Below, in pieces: positions 1-9,542 of a DNA stretch of 41,746 nucleotides. The translations under genes were made by a program, and so were the position numbers. Source of the DNA: Halobacteriales archaeon (GTDB taxonomy: Archaea > Halobacteriota > Halobacteria > Halobacteriales > SKSH01); assembly GCA_007118075.1 (NCBI GenBank), contig SKSH01000151.1:1-41746 (forward strand), written 5' to 3'. Under the pieces are notes generated by a model. That model ran no database searches. It was not told the DNA's origin and saw nothing but the letters and a program-made list of their open reading frames with translations. The stretch's first letter is position 1, and every line of letters begins with the position of its first letter.

Positions 1-282
1 CCCTCGATTCATCACAGCCGCGTGTCACCTCTCCGATGAGAACATCGTGAACCCGTTGGAGCAATCTCAGCCGTGGTTCCCGTTCCAAAGGGTATCACGA
101 ACAAGGATTGAGCAGAGTGCATCCCCGCATCACTGTCCAGCTGCTCTCCCAATGGGTACTGCACAGCCCGGTGGTTGGTATAGCTCGCAGTGTTACTCAT
201 CCAATGAGAGAATGGGAGCCGACACCAGCGGTATGCCTTGGCGACAGCTGCCGAACGGTCCCTGTGAGGTGACCCGAGGCCG

Positions 283-3042
283 ATGACTGAAGAGGAACAG
301 CGGTCCGACCGTCCACCGTGGTATAGTATCGAGTTGGATGCGGTATACGACCGACTCAACACCGGTGAGGATGGCTTAACACGACAAGAGGTGTCCAAGC
401 GCCTCGAGCAATACGGTCCCAACGAGATCGAGATCAGCAAGGGTACGCCACTATGGCGCATCTTCCTCGAACAGTACACCTCGGCGATCATCTGGGTCCT
501 CATCGTCGCCGCTGGAATCATGGCGGCAGTCGGGCATCGGCTCGACGCTGGGGTGATCATCGGCATCGTCATCTTCATCACCCTCTTCGGGTTCCTCCAG
601 GATTACCGAGCCGAGCAGAGCATCCAGGCACTTGCTGATATGGCGACCAAGACCGCCACAGTGCTCCGTGACGGCGAGCGCACCGAAATCGATGCCACCA
701 GGCTCGTTCCGGGGGATATCATCTTCGTCGGTGCTGGTGATGTGATACCGGCTGACTCTCGAATATTCATGGAGTCGAACCTCCGGGTCAACGAGTCTGT
801 GCTCACTGGTGAGAGTGTTGGGATCTCGAAGTCAATTGCCTCGGTCGATCCAGGAATCCCACTCGCTGAGCGGACGAACATGCTGTTCAAGGATACGCTC
901 ATCGAGCGAGGGACAGGTCGAGCTGTTGTCGTCGAGACCGGTCAGCAGACTGAGATCGGTAGCATCGCACAGGCGCTTGAGGAGGCACCCGATCGTGAGA
1001 CCCCGTTCCAACACGAGATGGACCGGTTGGGGAAGTTGATCGCAATCGGTGTCCTGGTGATCGTCGCCAGTATCGCGGTTACCGAGCTGCTCATCGGGGA
1101 CACACCACCGGTTGATGTCTTCCTGACTGCAGTCGGTATCGCGGTGTCGGCCGTCCCTGAGGGACTGCCTGCGGTCGTCACCCTCTCACTCGCCCTTGGT
1201 GCCAGGCGAATGGCCGACAACAATGCCCTCGTCAGACGGCTGCCAATCGTCGAGGCACTCGGTTCGGTCGACATCATCTGCACAGACAAAACCGGGACAC
1301 TCACCGAAGAAGAGATGACGGTCACGAGGGTCGTCGCCGATGGAGATACCTTCTCAATAACTGGTACCGGATACGGTTCCGATGGTGAAATTCTCGACGT
1401 AGATGGTGAGCCGGTCGACATCAGTCGAATCGAGGAGCTCTTTCGTTGTGCACTCCTTTGTAACGACGCTGAGTTTGGGCGGCGGGAGGTCTCACAGAAC
1501 GAAGCTGCAGAGCGGATGTACCTTGGAGATCCGACCGAGATCGCCCTTTTCGTCGCTGCACGGAAAGCTGGGCACGAACCAGACGAACTGAGACGGGAGT
1601 ACCCACGGATCGAGACTGCAGATTTCACCTCCGCAAGGAAACGGATGACAACCGTCCACGAGACGCCAAACGGAGATCGCGTCGCGTACACGAAGGGCGC
1701 TCCTGAGACGGTGCTCGAACGATGCCGGTGGGAGGTGGTCGATGGATCAGTCATCGAACTCACCGATGCTCGCCGAGCCGTGATCGAAGAGACAGTCAAA
1801 TCATTCGCAGCGGATGCCCTGCGGGTGATGGGTTTCGCCTTTCGACCAGAGCCACCGCAGATACCTGCTGAAGATCTCGAGGAAGATCTGACCTTCCTTG
1901 GAATCCAAGGCATGCTTGATCCACCCCGGCCAGAGGTCCCAGCGGCAATCGCCGCCTGTCAATCGGCTGGTATCCGCGTGATCATGATCACAGGCGACAA
2001 CGCCACCACCGCCAGCGCCATCGCGAGCGAGATCGGTATCGACTCGTCGAGGGTCATCACCGGTAGTGAACTTGACGACATGGAGGCAGACACCGTCGGG
2101 CAGATCGTTGATGAAGTCAATGTCTTCGCCAGGACCTCCCCTGAGCATAAGACGAAGATTCTCCAGACATTGCAGGAAAAGGGCCACATCGTGGCGATGA
2201 CCGGTGATGGTGTGAACGACGCACCGGCAGTGAAAAACGCAGATGTTGGGGTAGCTATGGGAATCCGGGGAACCGATGTCACAGAACAGGCATCTGACAT
2301 CATATTGCTCGATGATAATTTCGCCTCAATCCGAGATGCCGTCCATGGTGGTCGGCGTATCTTCGATAACGTCCGGAAGTTTGTCAACTACCTCCTCTCA
2401 GGTAACGGTGGTGAAGTGACGATGATCTTCACCGGGACGATGGCTGGTCTCGGATTGGTTATCACCCCGATTCAGATCCTCTGGATAAACGTCGTGACCG
2501 ATGGGATACCAGCGTTGACGATGGGAGTAGACCCGGCAGCTGATGATATCATGGACCGTCCACCACGGCCGCGGGGCGAGGGTGTGATCACCCCACGAAT
2601 CATCGCCTCGGTCGTTGGTATCGCCATCTTCATGACCATCTGTTTGTTGCCCATTTTTACCCTCAATCACACGGGACAATTAGTGCCGGTCATGGACGTA
2701 TCAGGGACAATCCTCGACGTTGACCTGCCGTATGAAACCAGTCGTGAGCTGGCACAGACCATGGTCTTTACCGGGTTTGTTGTGATGGAGATCGTCCGTA
2801 TTCAGGCGATTAGACATCGCTACGGCCTCAAGTTCTTCACCAACCGATGGCTGATCCTTGCCATCGCCATCGCAGTGACCCTCCAACTGCTGGTCCTGTA
2901 TACCGCAACCGGGCAGTTGCTCTTTGGCGTCGAGGCACTACAGCCGATACACTGGCTCCAGATATTCACTGCAGCGGTGGTCTTCGCCGCGCTCATGGGA
3001 CTGTTCGTCAAGGTTCAAGACCGATTCTTCGACCGCTACTGA
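283..3042 (+). CDS. P-type cation-transporting ATPase (P2/SERCA-like, probable Ca2+ or other cation pump)
   Basis: 919-aa ORF from ATG 283. Motifs read directly: LTGES (actuator), [10 protein letters not shown] (phospho-Asp site), AVPEGLPAV (TM4), [27 protein letters not shown] (hinge). Hydrophobic TM blocks at the N- and C-terminal parts. Confidence 0.92.
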   Translation: MTEEEQRSDRPPWYSIELDAVYDRLNTGEDGLTRQEVSKRLEQYGPNEIEISKGTPLWRIFLEQYTSAIIWVLIVAAGIMAAVGHRLDAGVIIGIVIFITLFGFLQDYRAEQSIQALADMATKTATVLRDGERTEIDATRLVPGDIIFVGAGDVIPADSRIFMESNLRVNESVLTGESVGISKSIASVDPGIPLAERTNMLFKDTLIERGTGRAVVVETGQQTEIGSIAQALEEAPDRETPFQHEMDRLGKLIAIGVLVIVASIAVTELLIGDTPPVDVFLTAVGIAVSAVPEGLPAVVTLSLALGARRMADNNALVRRLPIVEALGSVDIICTDKTGTLTEEEMTVTRVVADGDTFSITGTGYGSDGEILDVDGEPVDISRIEELFRCALLCNDAEFGRREVSQNEAAERMYLGDPTEIALFVAARKAGHEPDELRREYPRIETADFTSARKRMTTVHETPNGDRVAYTKGAPETVLERCRWEVVDGSVIELTDARRAVIEETVKSFAADALRVMGFAFRPEPPQIPAEDLEEDLTFLGIQGMLDPPRPEVPAAIAACQSAGIRVIMITGDNATTASAIASEIGIDSSRVITGSELDDMEADTVGQIVDEVNVFARTSPEHKTKILQTLQEKGHIVAMTGDGVNDAPAVKNADVGVAMGIRGTDVTEQASDIILLDDNFASIRDAVHGGRRIFDNVRKFVNYLLSGNGGEVTMIFTGTMAGLGLVITPIQILWINVVTDGIPALTMGVDPAADDIMDRPPRPRGEGVITPRIIASVVGIAIFMTICLLPIFTLNHTGQLVPVMDVSGTILDVDLPYETSRELAQTMVFTGFVVMEIVRIQAIRHRYGLKFFTNRWLILAIAIAVTLQLLVLYTATGQLLFGVEALQPIHWLQIFTAAVVFAALMGLFVKVQDRFFDRY

Positions 3043-3052
3043 GGAGCTCGTA

Positions 3053-3586
3053 TTATTCGGGGATCCGATAGGGTTCGCCGAGGTGGCTTCGTTCGATCGA
3101 TTCGTAGTGACCATCCTCGAATATGGTCACCCGACCCGACTCCGCACTGAGTGTGATCGTTGCGACGGCATCCTCCCTTGTGGACACATCGAGCGCGCTC
3201 ATGTGACGTGAACCCATCCAGTCGGCGTATTGAAGCTTGACGGTCGAATCCACGTCTCGGAATCGCACCATCTGTGACATCGCAATCCCATCGACCGAGA
3301 CGACCAACGCCCCATCCATCGTATACGCCGTCGCTTCCAAGGCCTCGAAAAAACCGTCTGGATCAGCGAAGATATCCCGTGGTGCGTCCTCCGGCCATCG
3401 GTTGGCACCCATCGCATCTGCGTATGAGTCGAATGAGGGGCCTACGATGATAGCGATGTAGAGGCCGGGGCCGGAGATGCGATCCTCCTTCCATCGATCA
3501 AATCCAAGAGCGATGCTTTCGGCATATTCCTTCAACCGCTGTCTGAGGTCAAGCACCCGAGCATGCTCGTGGTAGTGGATGTTCAT
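3053..3586 (-). CDS. stand-alone diadenylate cyclase (DAC/DisA_N) domain protein, divergent
   Basis: 177-aa ORF, ATG at 3586. It aligns by eye to the DAC core: GLYIAIIVG (GALIVI-like), TMDGALVV (DGA motif), GSRHMSALDVS (GTRHRAA-like, with the second Arg replaced by Met), TLSAESGRVTIFEDG (VSEETGxIS-like). No additional regulatory domain. Confidence 0.6.
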   Translation of the reverse strand: MNIHYHEHARVLDLRQRLKEYAESIALGFDRWKEDRISGPGLYIAIIVGPSFDSYADAMGANRWPEDAPRDIFADPDGFFEALEATAYTMDGALVVSVDGIAMSQMVRFRDVDSTVKLQYADWMGSRHMSALDVSTREDAVATITLSAESGRVTIFEDGHYESIERSHLGEPYRIPE

Positions 3587-3804
3587 TCGGGGAGGGACAC
3601 CATATCAGAAAAATCGATTGCCCGCTGAAAAGGCCTTGCCCATGCTCTCGGACCGTGAGAGCGGTACCTTCCGAATCGGTGGTATCCGCGCTGAGTCACG
3701 TTCGGAGGGAATCATGGAATTGAAGTTGGAGTTGATCCGTTTGTCCGGGCTGTCGACCGATACCGTGTCGGTTCGACCATCAACTGGAGCGTCTTGATCT
3801 GGGG

Positions 3805-4251
3805 CTATTCGATGTCGATCTCGATACCCGACGGAGATTCGCTTCGTGGAAGCGTCACCGTCAAGACACCGTTTCGCAGTGTCGCTGTGGCACCATCTGC
3901 GTCCACCTGCTCAGGGAGGTGGATCATCCGGGACATCGATCGATGGACGCGCTCGCGCCGAAGCGAGTCTAATCCCTCTTCGGTTTCCATCTCATCGATA
4001 TCAGCGGTGATGTGTAGCGTCCGGTTATCGATGTTGATCGACACCTCGTCGCGATCGAACCCTGGGACATCTGCGGTCAAGATGTAGGCTTCATCGTTTC
4101 GAGTGAGGTCGACTTGTATAGCTCCGACGTCACCACCCCACATCTCAAGGCCGGGCATGTGTTCCCACCGTTGCATGGTCTCCTCGATCTGTCTGCCAAA
4201 GCGCTCAAGCATCTGCTCGAAGCCAATCATTGGTTCTGGAGTCTTACTCAT
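3805..4251 (-). CDS. hsp20: small heat-shock protein, Hsp20/alpha-crystallin family
   Basis: 148 aa. Alpha-crystallin core: AYILTADVPGFDRDEVSINIDNRTLHITA ... RMIHLPEQVDADGATATLRNGVLTVTLPR. Confidence 0.9.
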   Translation of the reverse strand: MSKTPEPMIGFEQMLERFGRQIEETMQRWEHMPGLEMWGGDVGAIQVDLTRNDEAYILTADVPGFDRDEVSINIDNRTLHITADIDEMETEEGLDSLRRERVHRSMSRMIHLPEQVDADGATATLRNGVLTVTLPRSESPSGIEIDIE

Positions 4252-4354
4252 GGTACACCTATGGATTCATCGTGTAAGGACAAATCCTCAACCGCCCATT
4301 CACTGGAATTGGGAACGAGGTGTTACCTTTAACCTACCTCAATACCACGGTTGG

Positions 4355-4870
4355 CTAATCTTTTAGAATCCGACCATGTTCATCGATCTCTCCGTTTCGA
4401 ATCCTGGTACTGCTAATTCGAAGTCCATCCTCTGCCACGATGAACGGTGGTGTGTGAATCTCAAGAGGGTCGAGACCAGCCTCCAAGCGCATGGTGTTGA
4501 TCTCATGGGCCCGCCGTTGGGCAGCTGCCTCTGGAGACACCACGAGTGCGTGGAGGTCATCCCTGGTCGCGGCCGGGCCATGTGAATCGGATAGTTCGAT
4601 GATCTCGAACGTGGCTGGGTAGGCAAGCGCAATCCGCGCTATCTCCTCTTCGAGGGTCTCCATTCGTTCCTCAAACGTCCCGAGTGTCCCTTCCCCCAAC
4701 GTCTCACTGCGGGTGCTGTGTGCCAGTTCCGTCGAGGTCAATCCGACGACAACGTGACCATTTCCTTGCTGACTGGCGGTTTGAAACGCCTTGTGTAGCA
4801 GAGCCCGGTGGCCGTTGTGGATAGGGGTGAACGTGCCGCCGAGGATCGCGACACGCCCGTCGTTGGTCAT
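4355..4870 (-). CDS. coaD: phosphopantetheine adenylyltransferase (archaeal cytidylyltransferase-fold PPAT)
   Basis: 171 aa. GGTFTPIHNGHRALL (HxGH nucleotidyltransferase motif) and ISSTRIRNGEID near the C-terminus. Confidence 0.8.
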   Translation of the reverse strand: MTNDGRVAILGGTFTPIHNGHRALLHKAFQTASQQGNGHVVVGLTSTELAHSTRSETLGEGTLGTFEERMETLEEEIARIALAYPATFEIIELSDSHGPAATRDDLHALVVSPEAAAQRRAHEINTMRLEAGLDPLEIHTPPFIVAEDGLRISSTRIRNGEIDEHGRILKD

Positions 4871-5016
4871 ACCTCTGGTTGAGATACGGTCGGTAAAGTA
4901 GCTTGATAAACCGAGCTGATGGAATCATGACCCCAGATGGTGGGGAACCTGTTGATGACGATGGAGTGATAGCGGCGACCTCAATGTATCGAAAGCACGG
5001 TGATCAACGATACGAT

Positions 5017-5436
5017 TCAGATGATCAACACCGGTCTTCCACAGTATCGAACCACCCGTTCTGTGACGGATCCGATGGTCTCCCCTCGGCGATGCGAATG
5101 TCCCTGAAAGCCAAGGACGACAAGGTCTGCATCGATCTCATCTGCATAGCTGATGATCTCCTCATGTGGGAGTCCATGACAACACTCACCGACAAACTCA
5201 ACATCGAGATCCTCCGCTCGTCGCACAATCTCTTCGAGTAGTTCCTGACCATAGTCCTCAGACTCCAACGTCGATAATTCAGCACTGCTCAAGGCCGGTT
5301 CTGGAAAGCGCTGAAGGTCGACAACGTAAATTCCGTGTAGCGTCGCATCATAATGCTCTGCAAGCTCTAATGCATGGACAATCGCCCGATTCGCTGAGGG
5401 ACTTCCATCAGTTCCGACAAGAATCGAATCGTACAT
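5017..5436 (-). CDS. universal stress protein (UspA family)
   Basis: 139 aa. MYDSILVGTDGSPSANRA ... DLVVLGFQGHSHRRGETIGSVTERVVRYCGRPVLII, a typical Usp ATP-binding C-terminal motif. Confidence 0.9.
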   Translation of the reverse strand: MYDSILVGTDGSPSANRAIVHALELAEHYDATLHGIYVVDLQRFPEPALSSAELSTLESEDYGQELLEEIVRRAEDLDVEFVGECCHGLPHEEIISYADEIDADLVVLGFQGHSHRRGETIGSVTERVVRYCGRPVLII

Positions 5437-5574
5437 AGGAAATTATTCAAGCGTGTCCTCAATAAACCGGAACCGCCATTCTCCGTGAGTGGGAACAGCG
5501 CAAGGACCTTCCCTGGACGGTAATAATACTATCGGTCATTACCCTGTGCCTGGAAGTTACTGTCTGACTTACCA

Positions 5575-5580
5575 CTATAA
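5575..5580 (+). promoter_or_regulatory. TATA-like box (ctataa) upstream of the small zinc-finger ORF
   Basis: Centre lies about 33 nt upstream of ATG 5611, matching archaeal TATA-to-TSS spacing with a very short leader. Confidence 0.4.
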
Positions 5581-5610
5581 CGGGGAATCCTTGTATGGAG
5601 AGAACCACCC

Positions 5611-5781
5611 ATGCCAAGATGTCAATCATGCGATGGATTTGTGTCGCATGACTTCGTCCGTGTCTTCGGGGCCAACAAGGATACCGTAGCCGCATGCCTC
5701 AGCTGTGCATCGATCGGTAGACATATCGACCAAAATCGTGGCGAACCTGGCGATGAGGCAGTCATCTTCCAGACGAGATGA
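5611..5781 (+). CDS. small zinc-finger protein (56 aa, CxxC...CxxC; haloarchaeal small CPxCG-related type)
   Basis: Translated by hand (below the ORF-track cutoff): MPRCQSCDGFVSHDFVRVFGANKDTVAACLSCASIGRHIDQNRGEPGDEAVIFQTR, stop TGA 5779-5781. The N-terminal MPxCxxCxxFV...RVF pattern resembles small zinc-finger proteins of haloarchaea and haloviruses (from memory). A TATA-like box lies upstream. Confidence 0.55.
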   Translation: MPRCQSCDGFVSHDFVRVFGANKDTVAACLSCASIGRHIDQNRGEPGDEAVIFQTR

Positions 5782-5937
5782 GCCACAGCCACATGTTCAG
5801 ATAACCGAAGTCGCAGCCGTATCTCAAGCCTCGTTGAGAGCATCGTGTGCGGTAACGACCGACGATGCATCGAGGCGAACATGGACAACCCACCACAGTG
5901 GGCGTCTACAACATCGACCCATGGCAGATGAGCCCCC

Positions 5938-5945
5938 TTATTTTT
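5938..5945 (+). promoter_or_regulatory. TATA-like box (ttattttt) upstream of the second small zinc-ribbon ORF
   Basis: AT-rich octamer in a GC-rich background. Its centre is about 38 nt upstream of ATG 5980, which implies a leader of about 10 nt. Confidence 0.35.
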
Positions 5946-5979
5946 GAGGAATCCATGAATACCCATGACGGAGATCTGC

Positions 5980-6144
5980 ATGGCCGATACCGAGTACCGT
6001 TGCGTCTGTGGTGCGACGCTCAGATACCGCCAGGACCTATTGGTCGATGATGGTGCTCGCTCAAGGACCTGGAAGTGCAAAGAATGTCTCACTCCCGTCC
6101 CGGGGATAATCGGCGAACGGCTCGGACACCAGCACCCAATGTGA
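5980..6144 (+). CDS. small zinc-ribbon protein (54 aa, CxC...CxxC), hypothetical
   Basis: Translated by hand: MADTEYRCVCGATLRYRQDLLVDDGARSRTWKCKECLTPVPGIIGERLGHQHPM, stop TGA 6142-6144. An in-frame ATG also exists at 5965. Two Cys pairs are spaced like a zinc ribbon. Confidence 0.4.
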   Translation: MADTEYRCVCGATLRYRQDLLVDDGARSRTWKCKECLTPVPGIIGERLGHQHPM

Positions 6145-6153
6145 CCCTTCAAA

Positions 6154-7038
6154 TTAGCCGAGATCGACTCGGTCGAACCGATACCAACCAATTGCGACCG
6201 GGATCACGGCCCAGGCGAGAAGGATGACGACAGCCATCGGTTCACTGAGGTACCAGGGAACATCTCCGATGACAATCTGCTCGGTGTTGCTGATCTCCTG
6301 AGGTGCGAATAATGGGATCGTGAACGCACCGAAGCTCTCATCGAGGAGGGTATCACTGATTACAGAAAACGCCTCAATCGGATTGAGCCATTGAAGGAAA
6401 ACGTACCATGCCTCATACTGGCCGAAGGGTCCATCCGGGAGCTCCCCCATGACCACCCGGTGGATGCCAGCGGTGATGAGATCCCAGAGCAGGAGGAAGA
6501 CGAAGTAGAGTCCGATGACACCCGCCATCGCTTGCCCTCGCGTATTCACGAGAGCAGAGACACCGACTGCGATACCGACGAAGGCGAATCCAACGATGGC
6601 CGTGGCGACTGCCAAAGAGACGAAGTCGACCAGCAACACCTCCTGAAAGAGGATGATTGAGAGGATCAGGAACATGAGGAACGATGCGGCGATGGCAGTC
6701 GCCAAGACCAACGAACGGCCGATGAACTTGCCAAAGACGACCTCTGCACGAGAGGGTGGAAGTGACAGGAGCACCTTGATGCTCCCTGATTTCCGCTCGC
6801 TTACAATCGATCGGTAGCCAATAATTAGGCCGAGCAGCGGGACGATCAACTGCATAAGGGCCGATGCTGGACCGATGATATCCAACGCCGTCGGGTCTGA
6901 ACCGACCCAGAAGATGACGAAGTACAGTATCGCGACGAGGAGCGTCAACGCCCCAATCACCGCCCAAAGAAGGAGTGAACGACTGGCGTCGAGGTAGTCC
7001 TTCCAGACAATCACCGGTGTTCTATGCACCGGAATCAT
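6154..7038 (-). CDS. ABC-2 type transporter permease
   Basis: 294 aa with about 6 hydrophobic helices. Its start overlaps the stop of the upstream ABC ATPase gene by 17 nt (operon). Confidence 0.8.
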   Translation of the reverse strand: MIPVHRTPVIVWKDYLDASRSLLLWAVIGALTLLVAILYFVIFWVGSDPTALDIIGPASALMQLIVPLLGLIIGYRSIVSERKSGSIKVLLSLPPSRAEVVFGKFIGRSLVLATAIAASFLMFLILSIILFQEVLLVDFVSLAVATAIVGFAFVGIAVGVSALVNTRGQAMAGVIGLYFVFLLLWDLITAGIHRVVMGELPDGPFGQYEAWYVFLQWLNPIEAFSVISDTLLDESFGAFTIPLFAPQEISNTEQIVIGDVPWYLSEPMAVVILLAWAVIPVAIGWYRFDRVDLG

Positions 7039-7948
7039 CCTCCACGGTGGTCATAGCCGTGAATACGTCCGACAGTGATCGATCTTTGACCCGGATATCA
7101 ACGACGGTGGCACCTAACGAGGTCACTGCATCGATCGCACGGACCTTGGCTCGGGGGTCGAAGCAATCGATCAACAACTGACTGTCCACCTGTTCAACTC
7201 CAGCGATGCCACCGAGAGTCGAGACCGATTCGACAGCCTCTGCTGGGACGTCATCCAGGGAGAGGATGAGCTTGTCTGCACCGGTGATCTGTTGACGGAG
7301 CTCGTCGATGGATCCTTCCGCAACCAGCTCACCATGATTGAGGATTCCCACCCGGTCACAGACCGCCTCGACCTCACCGAGGATGTGACTCGAGAAAAAG
7401 ACAGCCGTCCCACGCTCGGCCTCCTGTTTGACGATCTCTTGCACCTGCTGAATCCCCGTTGGGTCGAGACCAGAGGATGGTTCGTCGAGGACGAGGACTT
7501 CTGGGTCGCCCGCCATCGCCATGCCGAGGGCAAGTCGTTGGCGCATTCCCTTCGAGTAGCCGTCGACGGTACGATCGGCATCTGCATCGTTCAGTCCCAC
7601 CTGTGTCAACAGTCGATCGATGGTATCATCAGCGCCTTTTGCTTTGATGGCGAAGGTGAGATGTTGTCGACCGGTGAGCCGACCATAGAGGTCGAATCCC
7701 TCCGGAAGGACACCGATCTGCTCGCGTATCTCCTCTGATTCCGTCTGACAGTCATGGCCGAGCACCCTTGCTTCGCCAGCAGAGGGTCGGGTCAAATCGA
7801 GGAGTATGTTGATCGTCGTCGACTTCCCGGCACCGTTCGGGCCGAGAAACCCGTAGATTTCGCCCCGGTCAATATCGAGGTCGAGGCAGTCGACCGCGGT
7901 CAGAGAGCCGAATTGTTTCGTCAAGGATCGCGTCTCGATCGCACTCAT
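7022..7948 (-). CDS. ABC transporter ATP-binding protein
   Basis: Walker A GPNGAGKST, signature YSKGMRQRL, Walker B VLVLDEPSSGLD, H-loop SSHIL. ATG at 7948 (MSAIETRSLTKQFG). The ORF-track start at 7954 is a GTG two codons upstream. Confidence 0.9.
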   Translation of the reverse strand: MSAIETRSLTKQFGSLTAVDCLDLDIDRGEIYGFLGPNGAGKSTTINILLDLTRPSAGEARVLGHDCQTESEEIREQIGVLPEGFDLYGRLTGRQHLTFAIKAKGADDTIDRLLTQVGLNDADADRTVDGYSKGMRQRLALGMAMAGDPEVLVLDEPSSGLDPTGIQQVQEIVKQEAERGTAVFFSSHILGEVEAVCDRVGILNHGELVAEGSIDELRQQITGADKLILSLDDVPAEAVESVSTLGGIAGVEQVDSQLLIDCFDPRAKVRAIDAVTSLGATVVDIRVKDRSLSDVFTAMTTVEDDSGA

Positions 7949-8070
7949 TGTCACCAGTTTCGAGCCTGGGTGAACTTAAGGTATCAGAATATGCAATGCT
8001 GATTTCACCGTTGGTGTGGGAACGTTCACGGGCAGAACAGCCAAACGAGTTGCGACCCTAGCCGGTACCG

Positions 8071-9447
8071 ATGGAGGGGACCGAGGAGCGCGTATTCGAA
8101 GCGCTTGAGCCGCGACTAGAAGGCCACATCATCAAGCAAGCGGACCCAGCGTTCGACGACGTACGTCGGGTATGGAACACCCGTATCGATCGAATCCCAT
8201 CGATAATCGTTCAACCAGTCAGCATCAGCGATGTCATCCAAGTCGTCGAATTCGCTTCGGAGTTCGGGTATCGAATCTCGGTGAAGGGGGGCGGCCACCA
8301 CGTGGGCGGTCCAGCCGTGGTCGATGACGCGGTCATGATCGACCTTGCTAGATTCGATGCTATCTCGGTCGATCCAACCGCATTGACTGTGACAGTCGGT
8401 GGTGGGGTAACCTGGGGACAGGTGGATGCCGCCACAGCACCGCATGGCCTCGCCGCGGTCGGAGGACAAGATCCAAATATCGGCGTGGCCGGACTCACGC
8501 TCGGTGGCGGGGTGGGGTGGCTGAGTCGTGCCTTCGGGCTCGCCGTAGACAACCTCCTCGAGGTGGAGCTGGTGACCGCTGCTGGGGAGCACATCTCGGC
8601 CTCACCGACCGAACAGGAGGAGCTGTTCTGGGGGCTCCGTGGCGCTGGTGGTGGGCTCGGAATCGTCACCTCATTCACCTTCAAAGTCCATCCCGTCGAG
8701 ACCGTCCTCGCAGGGTCATTGGTCTATCCCCTTCAAGAGGCCCACCAGGCAATGCGTGGCTATCGAACGCTGGTCGACGATGGACCCGACACGCTTCGAC
8801 CGCTGTTTGGAATCTTCGATCTACCACCTACCTCACCCCTATTCGACCAGGTCGAGTCGTCTCGTGTCGCCATCATCATCGTCTGTGCAATCGAACCATT
8901 TGGCGGGTCCGAACGGGTACTCGAGTCGCTTCGACACGAGACATCACCGGTCGTCGATTCGATCACCACCAGGCCGTATGTTACGTTCAACGCTGCTGGA
9001 GAGAGCGAACCGTTTGCGAGGACGACATTGCGAAGTCGATATCTAGAAACACTCGATGACCAGGCGATCGAGACCATCGTTGGTATCGGTACCACCGCAC
9101 CGGCTGCAGGTGCGACCGTCTTCGTCTCTCCAAGAGGTGGTGCAGAGGTTGAACCTCCGATGGAGGCGATGGCATACGCTCACCGGGAACCCGGACATCA
9201 TGTGTTGATTGAGGCACGCTGGGAAGATACTACGGCTGATGATGCACATGAGAGCTGGGTAGCTGAGTCTGCAGCGAAGCTCGCACCGATGGCAAGCCGG
9301 GTAGGCTCGATCAACTTTGTGGATGCTGACGAACCACCCACACACGCTTGGTTCGGTCCCAACCGAGACCGGTTGAACCGCCTCAAGCAAAAATGGGATC
9401 CTGATGATCGCTTCGGTGGGCATGCACATCCCCGCTGGCAAGAGTGA
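8071..9447 (+). CDS. FAD-binding oxidoreductase (PCMH/FAD_binding_4 with BBE-like C-terminus)
   Basis: 458 aa. VKGGGHHVGG FAD-binding motif, GGQDPNIGVAGLTLGGGVGWLSR, and the C-terminal LNRLKQKWDPDDRF typical of berberine-bridge-like oxidases. Confidence 0.85.
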   Translation: MEGTEERVFEALEPRLEGHIIKQADPAFDDVRRVWNTRIDRIPSIIVQPVSISDVIQVVEFASEFGYRISVKGGGHHVGGPAVVDDAVMIDLARFDAISVDPTALTVTVGGGVTWGQVDAATAPHGLAAVGGQDPNIGVAGLTLGGGVGWLSRAFGLAVDNLLEVELVTAAGEHISASPTEQEELFWGLRGAGGGLGIVTSFTFKVHPVETVLAGSLVYPLQEAHQAMRGYRTLVDDGPDTLRPLFGIFDLPPTSPLFDQVESSRVAIIIVCAIEPFGGSERVLESLRHETSPVVDSITTRPYVTFNAAGESEPFARTTLRSRYLETLDDQAIETIVGIGTTAPAAGATVFVSPRGGAEVEPPMEAMAYAHREPGHHVLIEARWEDTTADDAHESWVAESAAKLAPMASRVGSINFVDADEPPTHAWFGPNRDRLNRLKQKWDPDDRFGGHAHPRWQE

Positions 9448-9472
9448 GTCCTCAACGGGACTACGCACCAAT

Positions 9473-9486
9473 CTCAATCGGTGACA
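9473..9486 (+). repeat. direct repeat copy 1 (ctcaatcggtgaca)
   Basis: 13/14 identity with copy 2 at 9529-9542. Both lie in the 248-nt non-coding spacer upstream of the AddB-like gene and share a ccaa prefix. Confidence 0.5.
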
Positions 9487-9528
9487 CACCCTCAGCGAGC
9501 TCATTGAACCTCGTCTCGATCGTGCCAA

Positions 9529-9542
9529 CTCAATCGGTTACA
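9529..9542 (+). repeat. direct repeat copy 2 (ctcaatcggttaca)
   Basis: See copy 1. Start-to-start spacing is 56 nt. Confidence 0.5.

Noticed and set aside
1-282. Possible small ORF (minus strand, about 12-203, 63 aa) or structured RNA upstream of the P-type ATPase.
   Set aside because: It shows weak third-position GC bias, no motif, and no convincing stem-loops or TATA box. The window edge prevents context analysis, so it is left unannotated.
942-1913. 323-aa ORF antisense to the P-type ATPase. Similar long antisense ORFs occur at 13729-14466, 23293-23964, 31358-32116 and 39909-40853.
   Set aside because: They lie entirely inside genes with unambiguous family motifs on the other strand. Their translations are Ser/Arg/Pro/Thr/Ala-rich low-complexity and not acidic. 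This is the usual stop-codon-poor antisense artefact of GC-rich DNA.
4940-5016. UGAUGA-like boxes (tgatga at 4953-4958, gatgatc near 5020) suggesting a C/D-box sRNA between coaD and usp.
   Set aside because: No CUGA D/D' boxes occur at the required spacing on either strand, and there is no terminal stem.
5622-6191. 189-aa minus-strand ORF spanning the small zinc-finger islet.
   Set aside because: The composition is basic and Cys/His/Trp/Ser-rich with no motif. It overlaps the end of the ABC permease gene. The + strand small ORFs have promoter-like elements and zinc-finger logic.
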